This document shows, in pieces, positions 23,693 to 35,726 of a DNA stretch of 64,000 bases. Position 1 is the first letter of the stretch, and each line of letters opens with the position of its first letter. Source of the DNA: Rebecca billardiae RCC1528 (Eukaryota > Protista > Haptophyta); NCBI GenBank assembly GCA_965240325.2, contig OZ251234.1, positions 1,736,001-1,800,000 of the forward strand. Reading direction: 5' to 3'. A program made the translations under genes and the position numbers. The notes under the pieces were generated by a model. It searched no databases. It saw only the letters and a program-made list of their open reading frames with translations, and was not told the origin of the DNA.

Positions 23693-24562
23693 ATGGAATG
23701 GATTGTGGCAGCGTGCGGCGTGGTGGGGACGATTTGCTTTGCCATGATGCTCGCGCCGCAGGCGTGGCTCAACTACCAGGAGAAGAGCGCGTCCGGCCTG
23801 AGCTTCGCGCTGGTCGTTACTTGGCACTATGCGGGCTTGTTTTACGGAGCCTACCTGCTGGAAGAGGGTGCATCCCCTTGGCTGCTCTTATCGCTCGGGA
23901 GTTTTCTTGCCATCTCTTCGATGTTGCAGGCGCAGTTCGCGGTCTACGAGCGCGGGTGGCGCGTGTACGTCCTCGCATTCGCGGCACCAATTGCCATCGC
24001 TTCGGGCGCTGCTGTGTACGCGCTGGCGCGTGTTGCGCCTCTGCTATCGCGCATCGTGGTCCTCGTAACGGGTAATCTCATCCCGAGCGCTCTCTTTGCG
24101 GCTGGATTCGGTCCGCAGTTTCTCATGTTCTGCAGGAAGCAGTCGATAGCTGGGTACTCGTGGGGCGTGACGGGGTTCGATGTGGCAGGCTCAGCTGCAA
24201 ACACAGCTGTGCTGCTGCTCGAAGGCGGCGCCACAAACGTGCATGCATGGCTCGACGCTCTTCCATTCGTGACCATCATCGTGCTGCACGGCGTGCTTGT
24301 GGCCATTGCCCTCTCGATCGTCGCTCAGAACTGGCGGCGGGCGGCAGGCGCTGTCGTACTCGTCGACGGCGAGTGCTTCTACGACGCCGCCGACAGTGCT
24401 GAGCACGGAGCCCGCGCTCCACTACCGCAGTTTGGCGCTGCCATGGGAGAGTCGGCGGAGGCGGGCACAACCCCTAGGCATGCGGGTACATCATCGTCGT
24501 CACGATCTCGGGGTGCACCGCCGCATCAGACGCGCTCGAAGTGCCCAGCTGCCAGTGTATAG
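23693..24562 (+). CDS. PQ-loop repeat 7TM transporter-like protein
   Basis: Two PQ motifs (LAPQAWLNYQEKSASGLS and FGPQFLMFCRKQSIAGYS) and about 7 hydrophobic helices. Confidence 0.87.
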   Translation: MEWIVAACGVVGTICFAMMLAPQAWLNYQEKSASGLSFALVVTWHYAGLFYGAYLLEEGASPWLLLSLGSFLAISSMLQAQFAVYERGWRVYVLAFAAPIAIASGAAVYALARVAPLLSRIVVLVTGNLIPSALFAAGFGPQFLMFCRKQSIAGYSWGVTGFDVAGSAANTAVLLLEGGATNVHAWLDALPFVTIIVLHGVLVAIALSIVAQNWRRAAGAVVLVDGECFYDAADSAEHGARAPLPQFGAAMGESAEAGTTPRHAGTSSSSRSRGAPPHQTRSKCPAASV

Positions 24563-24829
24563 GCGGTGGAATCCGCATGGCGCCCCGGACCCATTCTATG
24601 ATTTAACGACACAGGTAGGACGACGCGGGTCTCCTGATTCGTCGGCGGCAGTGCCCGATCGTCGACACGAAGTCGGCGTTGGTGGCAGAGCATAGCCTGC
24701 ACCGCGATCGTAAAGCTTGAGCGCGGCCTTGAGCTGCTGGAGCGCGATCCACCTGCGCTGCGCGGCTCGCATGGCCCTGCTGTGCCCCGAGCGAGGGCGA
24801 TGGTGCAGGTCCGGATGTCAGCTGGCAGT

Positions 24830-27141
24830 CTCAGCCGCTGGTAGCAGCTGGTCGTACCTGCCCCGTGCTCCCCGGGCGGTCGCGTACGCGCTTGCCGCTC
24901 GAGCCAGCTGGCTGGCTGGCGGCGGCTGGCGCTGCGGCGTCGTCCAGGGTGCGCTTCGTCCGCTGCTGCGGCAGCTCCTCGTCGTCCAAGTCGTCGCCCG
25001 GGGGCGAGTCTCGGTCCTCGTGGAGCGGGGCAGCAGGGACTGGCGTGGGTGCAGCGGTCGGTGCCAGGCGCGCCGCCTTGCGCGCCTGGCGTTCCTTGAC
25101 GGCGCGGCGCGTCGAGGAGCGACGGCTCGATGGAGAACGAATCCGTCGGCCCTCGGCGTCGCGCCGTTGCCCGCGCTTCCCACGCCGGGGCTTCTTCTTC
25201 CGCTTCTGAGAGTGCTGCTGCTCGTCGTTCGCCTGCAGCGCCTCAGCGTCCGAGCCCTGCGCGGCGGGCGGGCGCACCGGCGAGGCCGGCGTGCGCGCTG
25301 CGTGCTGGGCGGTCCGCGGGGGAGCAGTAGGAGGCACGCCACGACCTCCCTTGCGCCGCCGGCGGGGGCCGGCGGTTTTTCCCTGTGGAGAAGCAGGGCC
25401 AGCCTCCTGCGTGGCCGTCCTGGCGATGGAGTGCGTCAGCCGCGTGCCATCCGCAAGCGTGATGGTCCACCAGCGCGAGAGGCCATCCGCGGCGGTGCGC
25501 TTCGATCCGTCACACAGTGCGCGGTCGGAGAAGCGCAGCTCGCCGGGGAAAGTCCCCTCGGGCTCGGTGTTCGTGGCGACGCTGGGCATCCTCGGTCTAC
25601 GTGGCCATGCTGGGAGAAAGGACTGCTGGACGGCCTGTTGCAAATTGAATAAATACCAACAAATATGTGACGGCGACATCCCAGTGGGAATCCGCGTGAC
25701 GCCCGGTTGGATGCAGAGTGTTCTCGACGAGGATGGCGTCTGGACCGCGGGGAACGCGATCGCTGCACCCCTGAGGTTGTCGTGAGTGCAGCAATCCACT
25801 TGCGCCAGGCTGGGGCGTGACCTACGTCGAGAACACTCTGCATCCAAGTGGGCACCCCCTCATGTCCAAGCAGAAGCAGAAGCTCCGCGCGCGGTCGACG
25901 CGGCAAGAAAGCTCAGAAGGGCTGGAGCTCAAGATTCAGCGCATGCTGCAGCCCGCAAGACGCGTGAGGAGGCGGGCACGAGGCGCTACGCAAGTCCCGG
26001 TCGACCTCGATCTCATCGTCCGAGTCCTCAGCTCCAGCGCCGGCCTTCCGCTGGAGCTGCGCCGTCGCGTCGTGCGACGTGCCAGTCGTTGAGCTCGCTG
26101 AAGATGGGGCGGAGCGCGCAGGGACCGGATGTCGGGCGCATGTTGCGCGGGAGCGCGGCACGGCACGGTGCGCACGAGCACGGCCAGCGACACACCCACA
26201 CGCGACCCGCCTGGTCGATGCGCAGGTTGTGGAAGCTCTTCCGGCTTGAGTGCGGGCGCGCTTCTCGTCGCGCGTCGCCGGGTCGATTGTGTCGTAGCCC
26301 GGAAAGTCGCGGTGATCTCGGCGTAGGGTACCACCACACGATCGCGCGTCCTCGCGAGCTGCGCGCGCGTGCGGTTCATAATCAGCTCCGAGCCGCCCAG
26401 CTCCGTGTTCATCTGCTTGGCCGTCCCCAGCCAGCGCGCGATCTCCTCGGTGAAGCTGATAATGCGGGGCGCCCTCCTCGAGCGCCGCCGAGGCCCGAGC
26501 GCATCAGCTCCGGGTTGACACTGGCTCGCAGAGCGCTTCCTGGACGACCAGCAGCGACGCGTGGCACTCATTGAGCCCGGTCACAACGGGGCCATCCCAG
26601 CCGTGGATTACGCCGGCGGCAACTAGTCTGATGACAGTGAATCCTACGAGTACTATCTCATTCTCTTGCAGTACTGTCCTGTTGAGCACCGTTCGGACAC
26701 TGCGCCGTAAGCTTCTACTGATCCTCGACGCTTACCTCTAGACCCCGACACTGCTTTGGGGGCGTCTGGGGACTGATCGTGGCTGGCACCGAGGTGGTCG
26801 ACTTCATCTACTTGGCTGGCGCACCTTCGACTCCTCCAATACCCAGTAGAAGTACCGCGAGCTCTCGTGGTGGCACTCCGAGGAGCGCTGCACCGCAAGG
26901 CGAGCGCAGATTGCAGATGGTGATTGCGAGCGCGCCCGCGGGCGAGACTACGCACAACTCGAGCACGATGGGGAATGCGTTGAGGAAGATCCCGGTCGTT
27001 CTCTCGGCCGCAGACCACAGCATGATTCTCGACCAGATGGCTGAGCGCGCCGACGCGCTCGATCACAACTCGTGTCGGCACTGCACGCGGACGGCGTCGA
27101 CGAGTGTCGACCTGACTGCCGAGCGTGCCGTGGCTGTATAG
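24830..27141. pseudogene. Degenerate, frameshifted and partly inverted coding remnant, possibly from a DNA transposon ORF
   Basis: Protein-like fragments occur in several frames and on both strands (SFHNLRIDQAGRVWVCRWPCSCAPC; EDSDDEIEVD; LSAADHSMILDQMAER). There is an internal 23-bp inverted repeat and no intact gene. Confidence 0.3.
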
Positions 27142-27519
27142 CATGCAGCGTGGCGCACACTCTGTCTAGAACCGTAGGCAAGCGTCGACGCGCGTCGTCT
27201 GGTGCGACGCGCGCCTCCTGAGCGCCTCCCGTGACCGCCGCCGCAGCGCGGCAGCGGCCATCATGAAAAAAATTCGCTCGCCGAAATTCCCTCCGATGTC
27301 GCGTTTGGTCTCACTTCAAAATGCAACAAGCCGGACGCGTGATGACAATTTGCGTCGGAGCCTGCGCGCTAGCTAGCGGCCGCTACAGCTGGCAGACCGT
27401 GACTGCTATATGCCGCGCACCGTATATAGCAGTAATATAGCTATCGCTCCGAGATGTTATGGCGGGCCGCAGTGACACGGGTCACCGCCCCTCAGACTCA
27501 GTGCCTCACTACCCCGGGA

Positions 27520-27671
27520 GTAGTGCCCGGGAAAAAGAACAAATATAAAAAATAAAAATAAAATATATACATAAAGAAAATCGCCTCGCCGTCACAAGAA
27601 TGAAGTAAAATCGCTTCGCTCACTACCGGGCGCCCTCGCACGGCTCCCGCTGGGGACCGCTCGGACGAAAA
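27520..27671. repeat. Dispersed repeat, copy 2 (same family and orientation as 12415-12543)
   Basis: Shares GTAGTGCCCGGGAAAAAGA...AAAATCGCCTCGC...AAAATCGCTTCGCTCACTACCGGGCGCCCTCGCA with copy 1. Confidence 0.8.
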
Positions 27672-27906
27672 TAAGGTCGCGGAGCTGGCCTGCTTGGGGA
27701 GCGTGCAAGTCACACGGGGCCCGCGGGGGCGCCGCGCGCGCGGGGCCCGGAGGCCCGAGCCGCGCTCAGATGATCAGCCGCGCAGCGCTGCAGCGCTCCG
27801 CCGTTACTCAAACTCGCGTTGTAAGTATTATAATACGTGATCTGTGATGCCTCGCGCCAAGCGTCAAGCCCTGCCTCGCGCGCCGGGCTGCTAGTGCTGG
27901 CACTCG

Positions 27907-30515
27907 TCACTGCCGATGCAGCAGGTGGAGCAGCTCGGTCGCGTCGACGCCGAGCACGGCGCACAGCCTCTCGAGCGCGCGCCGCTCCTCCTCCCGCCGC
28001 GCCGCCTCGCCTGCCGCGCCGCCCTCCGCCTCGGCGCGCGCGCCGTCGGCGTGCTGCACGACCAGCTCTGGCAGCGCGAGCGGCGCGCGCTCGTTGGCGA
28101 GGGCGGCGAGAGGGTCGGCGGGCGGCTCCTCGAGCCCCGCGGCGGCGGCGTCGGCGTCGGCGTCGGCGGCGGCCCCAAACGCAGCAAGTAGCTCGCCGCG
28201 GAGGTCGCGGTCGAGCAGGGCTTCGGCCACCTGCTCCGCAGCGGCGAGCGCCGCCGCGTGCGGCGGGGCCTCCCCGCCGCCGCCGCCCGGCGCGGCGCGC
28301 GCGCGCTCGGCAGCGCCCGCGCCGTCCGCTTGCACGTCCACTTGCGCCGCTGCGTCCGCTTGGGGCGCGCGCGGCTCGGCGGCCGCGCCGCCGCGCGCTC
28401 GCGCGCCCGCCGCGCCGCCCTCGCCGATGGGCGCGGAGCAGTGCGGGCACACCGGCCGGCCCAGCCGCACCCAGCGCCCGATGCACTTTGCGTGGAAAAT
28501 GTGGCCGCAGCCGAGCACGCGCGACGTCGCCGGCCGCCGCACGCCGCGCAGGCACACGCAGCACACGTCCGCTCTGAAGGCGCGCAGCTCGTCCGGTGTT
28601 GCAAGCCTCACCGCGCCGAGCCGCCGCCGCGCGGCGAGGCAGCGCCTCACCTTGCGCACGTCAGCGAGCAGCGTCGAGGTGACCCCTGTCACGATGAACG
28701 CTGAGAGTCCCCACGAGCCGCCGCGCGCGCCCGGCGCGCCGCCGCGGTGGAGCGGCCCGCCGCCGTGCAGCGCCGCGCGCGCGAGCGTGCGCACGAGCGC
28801 GGCCAGCAGCAGCGCCGTGCACGCCGCTGACAGAAGAGGCCTGACCATGGCGATGGCGCGCGTGGCCGGCTCGGCGTCCAGACCCTCCGCCGCGCGCGCG
28901 CCGCCGCCGCCGTCCGCGCCCGCGTCGGCGCCGAGGCCTCCAGCCGCCTCCTCCTCCTCCTCCTCCTCCTCGTCGTCGTCGTCCTCGTCGCCGCCGCCCT
29001 CGCTCTCGGCGGCGCCGTCATGCGCGTCGTGCGCGGACGCGCTCACGTCGGCGTCCGCCGCCGCCGGCGCCGGCGCCGCGCCCCGCCGCTGCGCGCGGCC
29101 GCCGCGCGCGCCCGCCGCCGCGCAGCGCGCGGAGCCGCCGCCGAGCGCGCGGCCGAGCGCGAGGCCGCAGCACGCCGCCCTCTCGACCAGCGCCAGGAAC
29201 GGCGCCGTGCCCGAGTGTAGAAGAATGGCGAGGTTGAAGAGCCACAACTCGCCGAACCACGCGCACATGGCGCGCGCCATCGTCAGTGTGAGCAGCACGT
29301 GCGCGCACGCGTACGCGAGCGCGCAGCACAGCGCGCACGCGGCGATGGCGGCGGCGCGAGCGCGCGAGCCCGCCGCCGGCGGCGGCGCGTGCGCCGCGCC
29401 CTCGGCCGCGCCGCCGGCGCGGCCGCGCGCGCGCGCCGCCTCGCGCGCCGCGTGCCGCTGGCGCGCCAGTCCGCGCTCGGCGACACTCAGAGCGTTCATA
29501 ATCGTCACCCGGCACATCGACAGAAGGAGTTCGGACCCAAGCAGCACGGCAAACGCGAGTGGCCGCGCGCCCTCCCACGAGCCCACCGCCGCGGCGCTGC
29601 GCGCGGCCGCGGCCGCGTCCATCCCACGCAGCCGCGCGGCGGCGCGCGCCACCTCCGCGGCCGCGCGCGCCTCATCCCCGTGGCGCTCCCAGTCCGCGAG
29701 CTTGGCGTGGATGACGATGGTATTAATCAGGCCGGTCGAGCCCAGCAGGTGTGCGCTCGCGACGAGCAGCCGCTGCCACGCCGTGCGCGCGCGCGGCTGC
29801 GCCGCGGGCTGCGCGACCCCCGCGAACGCGCGAGGCCACGCGTCGGCGAGCCGGCCGGCGACTGGCTCGCGCTGCCCGCCGCCGAGCGCCGCGTGCGCCG
29901 CACACAACAGCGCAGTCACAGCGGCCACTGAGTAGAGAAGGCAACTGAGCTGCTCGTCGCACGCCGCCGTGCCAAGCACGAGCACGCCCGTCTCCGGCGT
30001 GCGCTGCGTGAACGCGGGGAAGAGCGGCTGGCTGTCAAGAGCCGAGCCCGCCTCAGCAGCAGCAGCCGAGCCCGCCGGCGGCGTGCCCGCTGCGGCCCCC
30101 GCCGCGGCGCCGCCCGGCGCAGGCTGCTCTGCTGCGTCGGCGACTGCGTCGGCCGCGCCCTCGCGCTCGCGCGCCGCCGCGCCGCCCGGCCCGTCCTCGC
30201 CCCCGTCCCCGCCCCGCGCCTCGCGCGCCTCGGCCGCGGACGCCGCCGCGCGCGCCCGAGCCGCCCGCGCGCCGAACCCCGCCGTCAGAGCGCCGCCGCC
30301 GCCGCCAGCCGACAAGCCGAGGGCGCGCGCGCCGCGTGCGTACGCGCGCGCCGCGCCCTCGCCGAGTGCGTCCAGTAGCGCCAGCAGCCGCACGACGGGC
30401 GCGCTGTAGTGCGCGTCGAGAAGGAGGGCGATCCAGCCGTGCGCCTCCGTCTCGCCAGCGAGCGCCAGCTCGATCGCCGTCACCGTCACCGATGCGCCCT
30501 CCGGAGCGGCCGCGC

Positions 30516-30564
<49 letters not shown>

Positions 30565-32139
30565 CACCTCCGCGCCCGCGCCGCCGGCCGGCGCGCCCGC
30601 GCGCGCCTCGGGCTCCGGCGCGCCGTCCTCCGCCGCCTCCGCCTCCGCCGCCGCGTGCGCCGCGTCGCCGAGCGTGCCGCTGTCGATCGTGAGCGTCGCG
30701 AGCGGGTCCGCGCCCGCGGCGAGCAGCGCCTGCACCGCGCGCTCGTGCGCGTTCACGACAGCAGACATGAGCGGCGTCACTCCAAAAGAGTCCGGGAGGT
30801 CGACGGTGGCACCGGACTCGAGGAGGAGGTGGAGGACGTCCATCGAGCCGCCGATCGTCGCCAGGTGCAGCGGCCTTCGCCCGCGCCCGCTCGGCGCGTC
30901 CGGGCTCGCGCCCGCCGCCAGCAGCAGCGCCACCGCCGCCGCGTCCGACTGAATAGTCGCGAACGCGAGAGGCGTCGAATCGTCCTCCTCAAAGCCGGTG
31001 GCGTTGCGGTTAGGCTGCGCGCCCGCGCGGAGGAGCAGCGTGGCCAGCTCGTGCTCCTGCTCCTTGATCGCCATGATCAGCGCCAGACCCAGCACCTCCG
31101 CCGAGTGCCGCGCGGAGGCCGGCGCGTCGGCGTCGGCGTCGGCGGCGGCGGCGGCCGGCGGGTCGGCGGCGGCGGCCGTGCGCGCGGCCGCCGCGTCGGC
31201 GTCCGCGCGCGGCGCGAGCTGCGCGCGCACGGCGTCGGCGTCGGCGAGGAGGACGGCGCGCACGAGCGAGTGGTTGAAGAGGCGCGTGATGCGCTCCTCC
31301 TCGCCCGCGCCCCGCGCGCCCTCGTCGCTCGCCCGCGCGCCGTCGCGCGCGCCCGGCTCGGAGCCATCGGCGGCGCGCGCGGCCGGCAGCAGCTCCTCGG
31401 CCGCTGGCGGCGGCCTGAGCAGAGCATCTGTGAGCCGCGTGAGCTGGGCGCGGAGGGCGCCGACGTCGCCGAGGACGACGGCGCGGACGAGCGGGTGGTC
31501 GAAAAGCTCGGAGAACGCGTCGTCGCCCTCCTCCTCCTCGCCGTCCTCCGCGCTCGCGTCGCGCTCGCCCTCGCTCGACCGCGAGTGCGCGGCCGCGCCG
31601 GCCGCCGGCGCGCGCTCGCGCGCCTCCTCGCTCGCCTCGGCCAGCAGGTCGCCCATGAGGTCGAGCAGCAGGGCCCTCATGTCGGCGAGCCCGCCAGGCC
31701 CGCCCAGCCCTCCGACTCCGCGCGCGCCGCCCTTCGTGCCGCCCTCGTCCGCCGCCGCCGCCGGCTCGGCGGCCGCCGCTGTGGGCTCGCGAGCGTGAAG
31801 AGGCGTGCGCTCGCGGGCCGCGTGCGCGGCGAAGCTCGGCACGCCGCCGGCGGCGAGCAGGACGTCCATGAGGGTGGCCCCCTCCATCTCGTCCGGCGCG
31901 CGCGCCTCGTCCGGCGGCGCCGCCAGCTGCTGCAGCAGCTCGTGCAGCAGCTGCGCGGACGCCCCGAGGGGCTCCGGCTCGGCGAGCGCGGCGCGCGCCG
32001 AGTCGTCGGTGGACGGGTCGGCGCCGTGCGCGGGCGCGGGCGCGCGCATCGTGTCGTGGAGCGAGCGCTCCGCCTCGTCGCGCCCGAGCGCGCTCGCTGC
32101 GAGCAGCGCAGCAAGCCAAGCGCCGCGCATGAGCCGCAT
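27907..32139 (-). CDS. Ankyrin-repeat, multi-pass membrane RING-H2 E3 ubiquitin ligase
   Basis: Signal-peptide-like N-terminus (MRGAWLAALLAASALG). Ankyrin repeats STPLAFA, GRRPLHLA and GVTPLMSA. Several hydrophobic helices. RING-H2 ATPDEL...CCVC...CGHIFHAKC...W...CPHC. Confidence 0.85.
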
Positions 32140-32521
32140 CCGCCGCCAAGCGGAAGTGATGATGGCAGCGTCTGGAGCCGCTCGGGCTGGCCGAACGGGA
32201 GGGGCCGCGCCGCGCCCGCCCGCCGCGCTGGATCCGGACAGCCAGTCAGCCACTCTCAAAACTCAGCAGCGCCCCTCTCCGATGACAAAGATGAACAGCC
32301 GTGATGCCGGTGAAAGGGGTGCCGCGGCCGGCGTCTTTTCATTTTTGTTTGGCGGTAGTGCGCTAGCAAGACTGGTGTGTGACGCTGTCGCGCGCGACAC
32401 TCAATCTCATGTCTCATCGGGCGTCGTCTCGGACAAGCGGAAGGCCGAGCGCGGAGTGGCACTGTCAGGCACACCCTTCACCAGGAGCGCGGTCACTCTA
32501 ACTGAGGCGCACGACTCAGCC

Positions 32522-34794
32522 TCACGGGGCCCCGAGCGCCTCTGCGACGGCCGCCTTGGCGTGCACGCTCACGACAAAGGAGCCAAGCAGCGCGCCCACC
32601 GCGCTCCGCGCCTCGAGCCGCGCGCGGGACAGGTCGCGCTCGAGACCCAGCAGGTCGAGCGTCGCGTATCCGAGCTCGTTGTCGTCGACGCTCGCCGCCG
32701 CGTCGCCGTCGTACACGAGGAACGTCACCTCCGCGTCCACCTCCGCGGCGTCGCGCGCGCGCGTGGCCGCCTGCAGCGGCGCGCGCGGCCGCGGCGCGTG
32801 GCACGGGGAGCGTGTGTTTTGATTGAGCCGTGCGCGTGCGAGCGGGTGCGTGGGCGCGCGCGCGCACCTGCCGCTGCGCCGCAGCCACGCGCAGCACGCG
32901 CTGCCCGTGTGAGCCCGGCGTTGTCTCCACACGCCGTTGCAGCACCTGCGGCGGGCGGCATCGGCGGCGGGATCGGCGGAGCGCGCGCGGCGGTGCGCAC
33001 GCGCGGGCGGCGCGAGCGAGCGCGCGCGCGGTGGCGCGGGTGCGGTGCGCGTGAGTGCGGGGATGCCCCCGCGGCGTGCGGCGGGGCGCAGCGGGGCGCA
33101 CCGCGCGCGCGCTCACCACGTCGATGGACCCGGCGCTGCCCGCGGCTGGCACCGCCACCGGCTCGCTCAGCACCAGCCCGTCCCTGGGCGCCAGCTCGGT
33201 TTGAATCCCGAAGAAGATCTGCATGCCCGCGCGAAGGCCGCCCGCCGCCGCTGGCTGACGCGCGCCCGCGCCGCGCGCCGCCGCCGAGCCCGGCGCGGCG
33301 GCGGCGGCGGCGGTGGGCGGCGGCGCGGGTGTGAAGCCGTGCAGCTTGAAGAGCAGCGCATCCGAGCTACCCAGCACGGCGGGCGGCGGCGGCGGCGGCT
33401 GCGCGGCGGCCTCGGGTGCCACATCCTCCGCCTCCGCCTCGCGCTCGGCGCGCCGGCCGGCGCGCGCGTCGCGCCTAGCGTCTTCGTAAGGCGCCGCCGG
33501 CAGCTGGCTCGCGCCGTCGGCTCCGCCGTCTGGGCGCCGCGCCGCGCGGGCGCGCGCGCTCGCGCCCGCCGCGCCCTCGCCCTCAGCCGCACCGTCGGCC
33601 GCGCGCGCGGCGCGCGCCGACGCCCGCGCCGACGCGGGGCGCGCGTCCGCCGTCGGCGCGGGCTCAAGCGCCGAGGCGGCGGCGGCGCGCGTCGGCGCAG
33701 AGGGCGCGGGCGCGGCGGGAGCTGTCGAGTGCGCGCGCGCCGCGGCGGCGCCCGCCGCCGGCGCGCCGCGCGGCGGCGGGGCGCCCCCCGCCGCGCCCCC
33801 CGGCGCGGCGTCGGCAGCGGCGCGCTCGGCGCGCAGCAAAGCTTCGTACCGCTGCCGCTTCGTCAGCAGCTCGCCCAGCCGCTCCGACTTGGCGCCGAGC
33901 CGCGAGCGCAGCCGCGCGCCGAGCGCCTGCGCCTCCTGCAGAGCAAAGCGACGCTGGGTGGCGCGCAGCGCGGCGCGCTCGCGCGCGGCGGCGAGCGCGG
34001 CGCCGAGGCCCGCGGGCGCGCGCGAGCCCGCCGCCGCCGCGCTCGCGTGCGCGCGCGCCTCCGCCTCGAGCGCCTGCACCGCCGCGCTCGCGGCCAGCAG
34101 CCGCCGCTGCGCCTCGGCGCGGCCGGCGAGCGCGCGAGCGCGCCGCGCCGCCGCCTCCTCCAAGTGAGCGGATAGCGTGGCGCGCACATCGCCCGTGGCT
34201 GGCATGGGCTTGGGGCCGGCGGCGGGTGGTGTGCCGCCGGCGCTCGCGCCGCGCGGCGCGAGCGCGGTGCCGCCGCCGCCGCCCCCGCCGCGCAGCATCT
34301 GCGGCCCCGCCGCGCCACCACCGCTGGCGCCGCCGCCGAGCTCGGCGCGTGCCGCCGACAGCTGCGCCCCTTCTGACAGATAGTGACTTAGCTCGAGCTC
34401 CCGCGCGCGCGCGACGATGCGAAGGTCGGCGGGGCGGACGCGGCGGCGCTGCGCCTCGAGCGCGCGCAGACGCGCCGTCATCGCGTCGAGCTTCGCGCGC
34501 GCCGAGCGCAGCTCAGACCGCAGCCGCTCCAGCCGCTCCGTCTTGGGCGGCGGCGGCTCATGCGCGGAGGCGGCGGTGAGACGACCACCGCCGCCGCCGC
34601 CGCCGCCGCCGCCGACGGCGCCGCCGCCAGCTCCCGCGCCGCCGCTCGCTTCCGCCTTCTCAACCGCGGCGGCGCGCGCCTCCTCGCGCCGCGCCGCGGT
34701 GCGCAGCGTGAGCACCGTGCGCCCGAGCGCCGCCTCCGCCGCCTTGAGCTCGTCCAGCCGCGCGCGCGCGCGCGCCGCCGCCGCGTCACCCGCC

Positions 34795-34837
<43 letters not shown>

Positions 34838-35689
34838 GCGAGCCGCGCCCGGCGCGCGCGGGCGAGCGGCGGCGCGCGCCGCCGCCGCCGCCGCCGCCGC
34901 CGCCGGGCCTCGCGCCGAGCTTCTCGGCGAGCGCGACTGCGTGCGCGAGCGCGGGCGCCGGGATGGCGCGCAGCGCCGAGTCCACCGCCGGCGGGTCGAG
35001 CGCGCGCGCGCTCAGCACCAGCTGCACCGCCGCGGCCTGCACCGCGCGCGCGTCGGCGGCGGCGCGCGAACTGCGCGGCCCGGGCAGTGCGGCCGCGGCC
35101 GCGCGCGCCGCCGCGGCGGCCGACGCATACTGCTTCGCGCCGAAGCGCACGATGCCGAGCACCGGAGGGCGGCGCGGGTCCGCCACCGAGCGGTAGCTCC
35201 CGTACCGCCCGAGCAGCTCCGTGAGCACGCTCATCGCGGCGAGCGCGCGCGGCGCGGCGCGCTCGGCCGCGGCGGCGGCGGCGGCGGCGGCGGCGGCCGC
35301 GCTGTCGGCGTCGGCGGCTGTCTTGTCGGCGCGCATGTCCGCAGCCGCCGCGAGCAGGGCGCGGTCGCGCTCGTCGTCCGCGCCGCCGCGCGCCGCGGCG
35401 ACCGCGTCGAAGACAGCCGCGCACACGCGCGCCGTGCCGATCGCCTCCGCCTCGCACATTGCCAGCAGGGTGCGGAGCGCCTCGCCGCGCGCGCGCACTG
35501 CGTCGGCCGACGGCGGCGAGCGCTCGGAGGCGGGCGCGGGCCCGTGTGGCGCGCGGCCGGCGGCGGCGCGCTCGACGGCGGCGGTGAGCGGCGGCGTGAG
35601 CGTGTGCGCGTGCGGCACGAGCGCGCCGCTCGCCGCCGACGCCGACGGCGTCAGCCCCGGGCCACCGCCGACGCCACCCTCTCCGCCGC

Positions 35690-35726
<37 letters not shown>

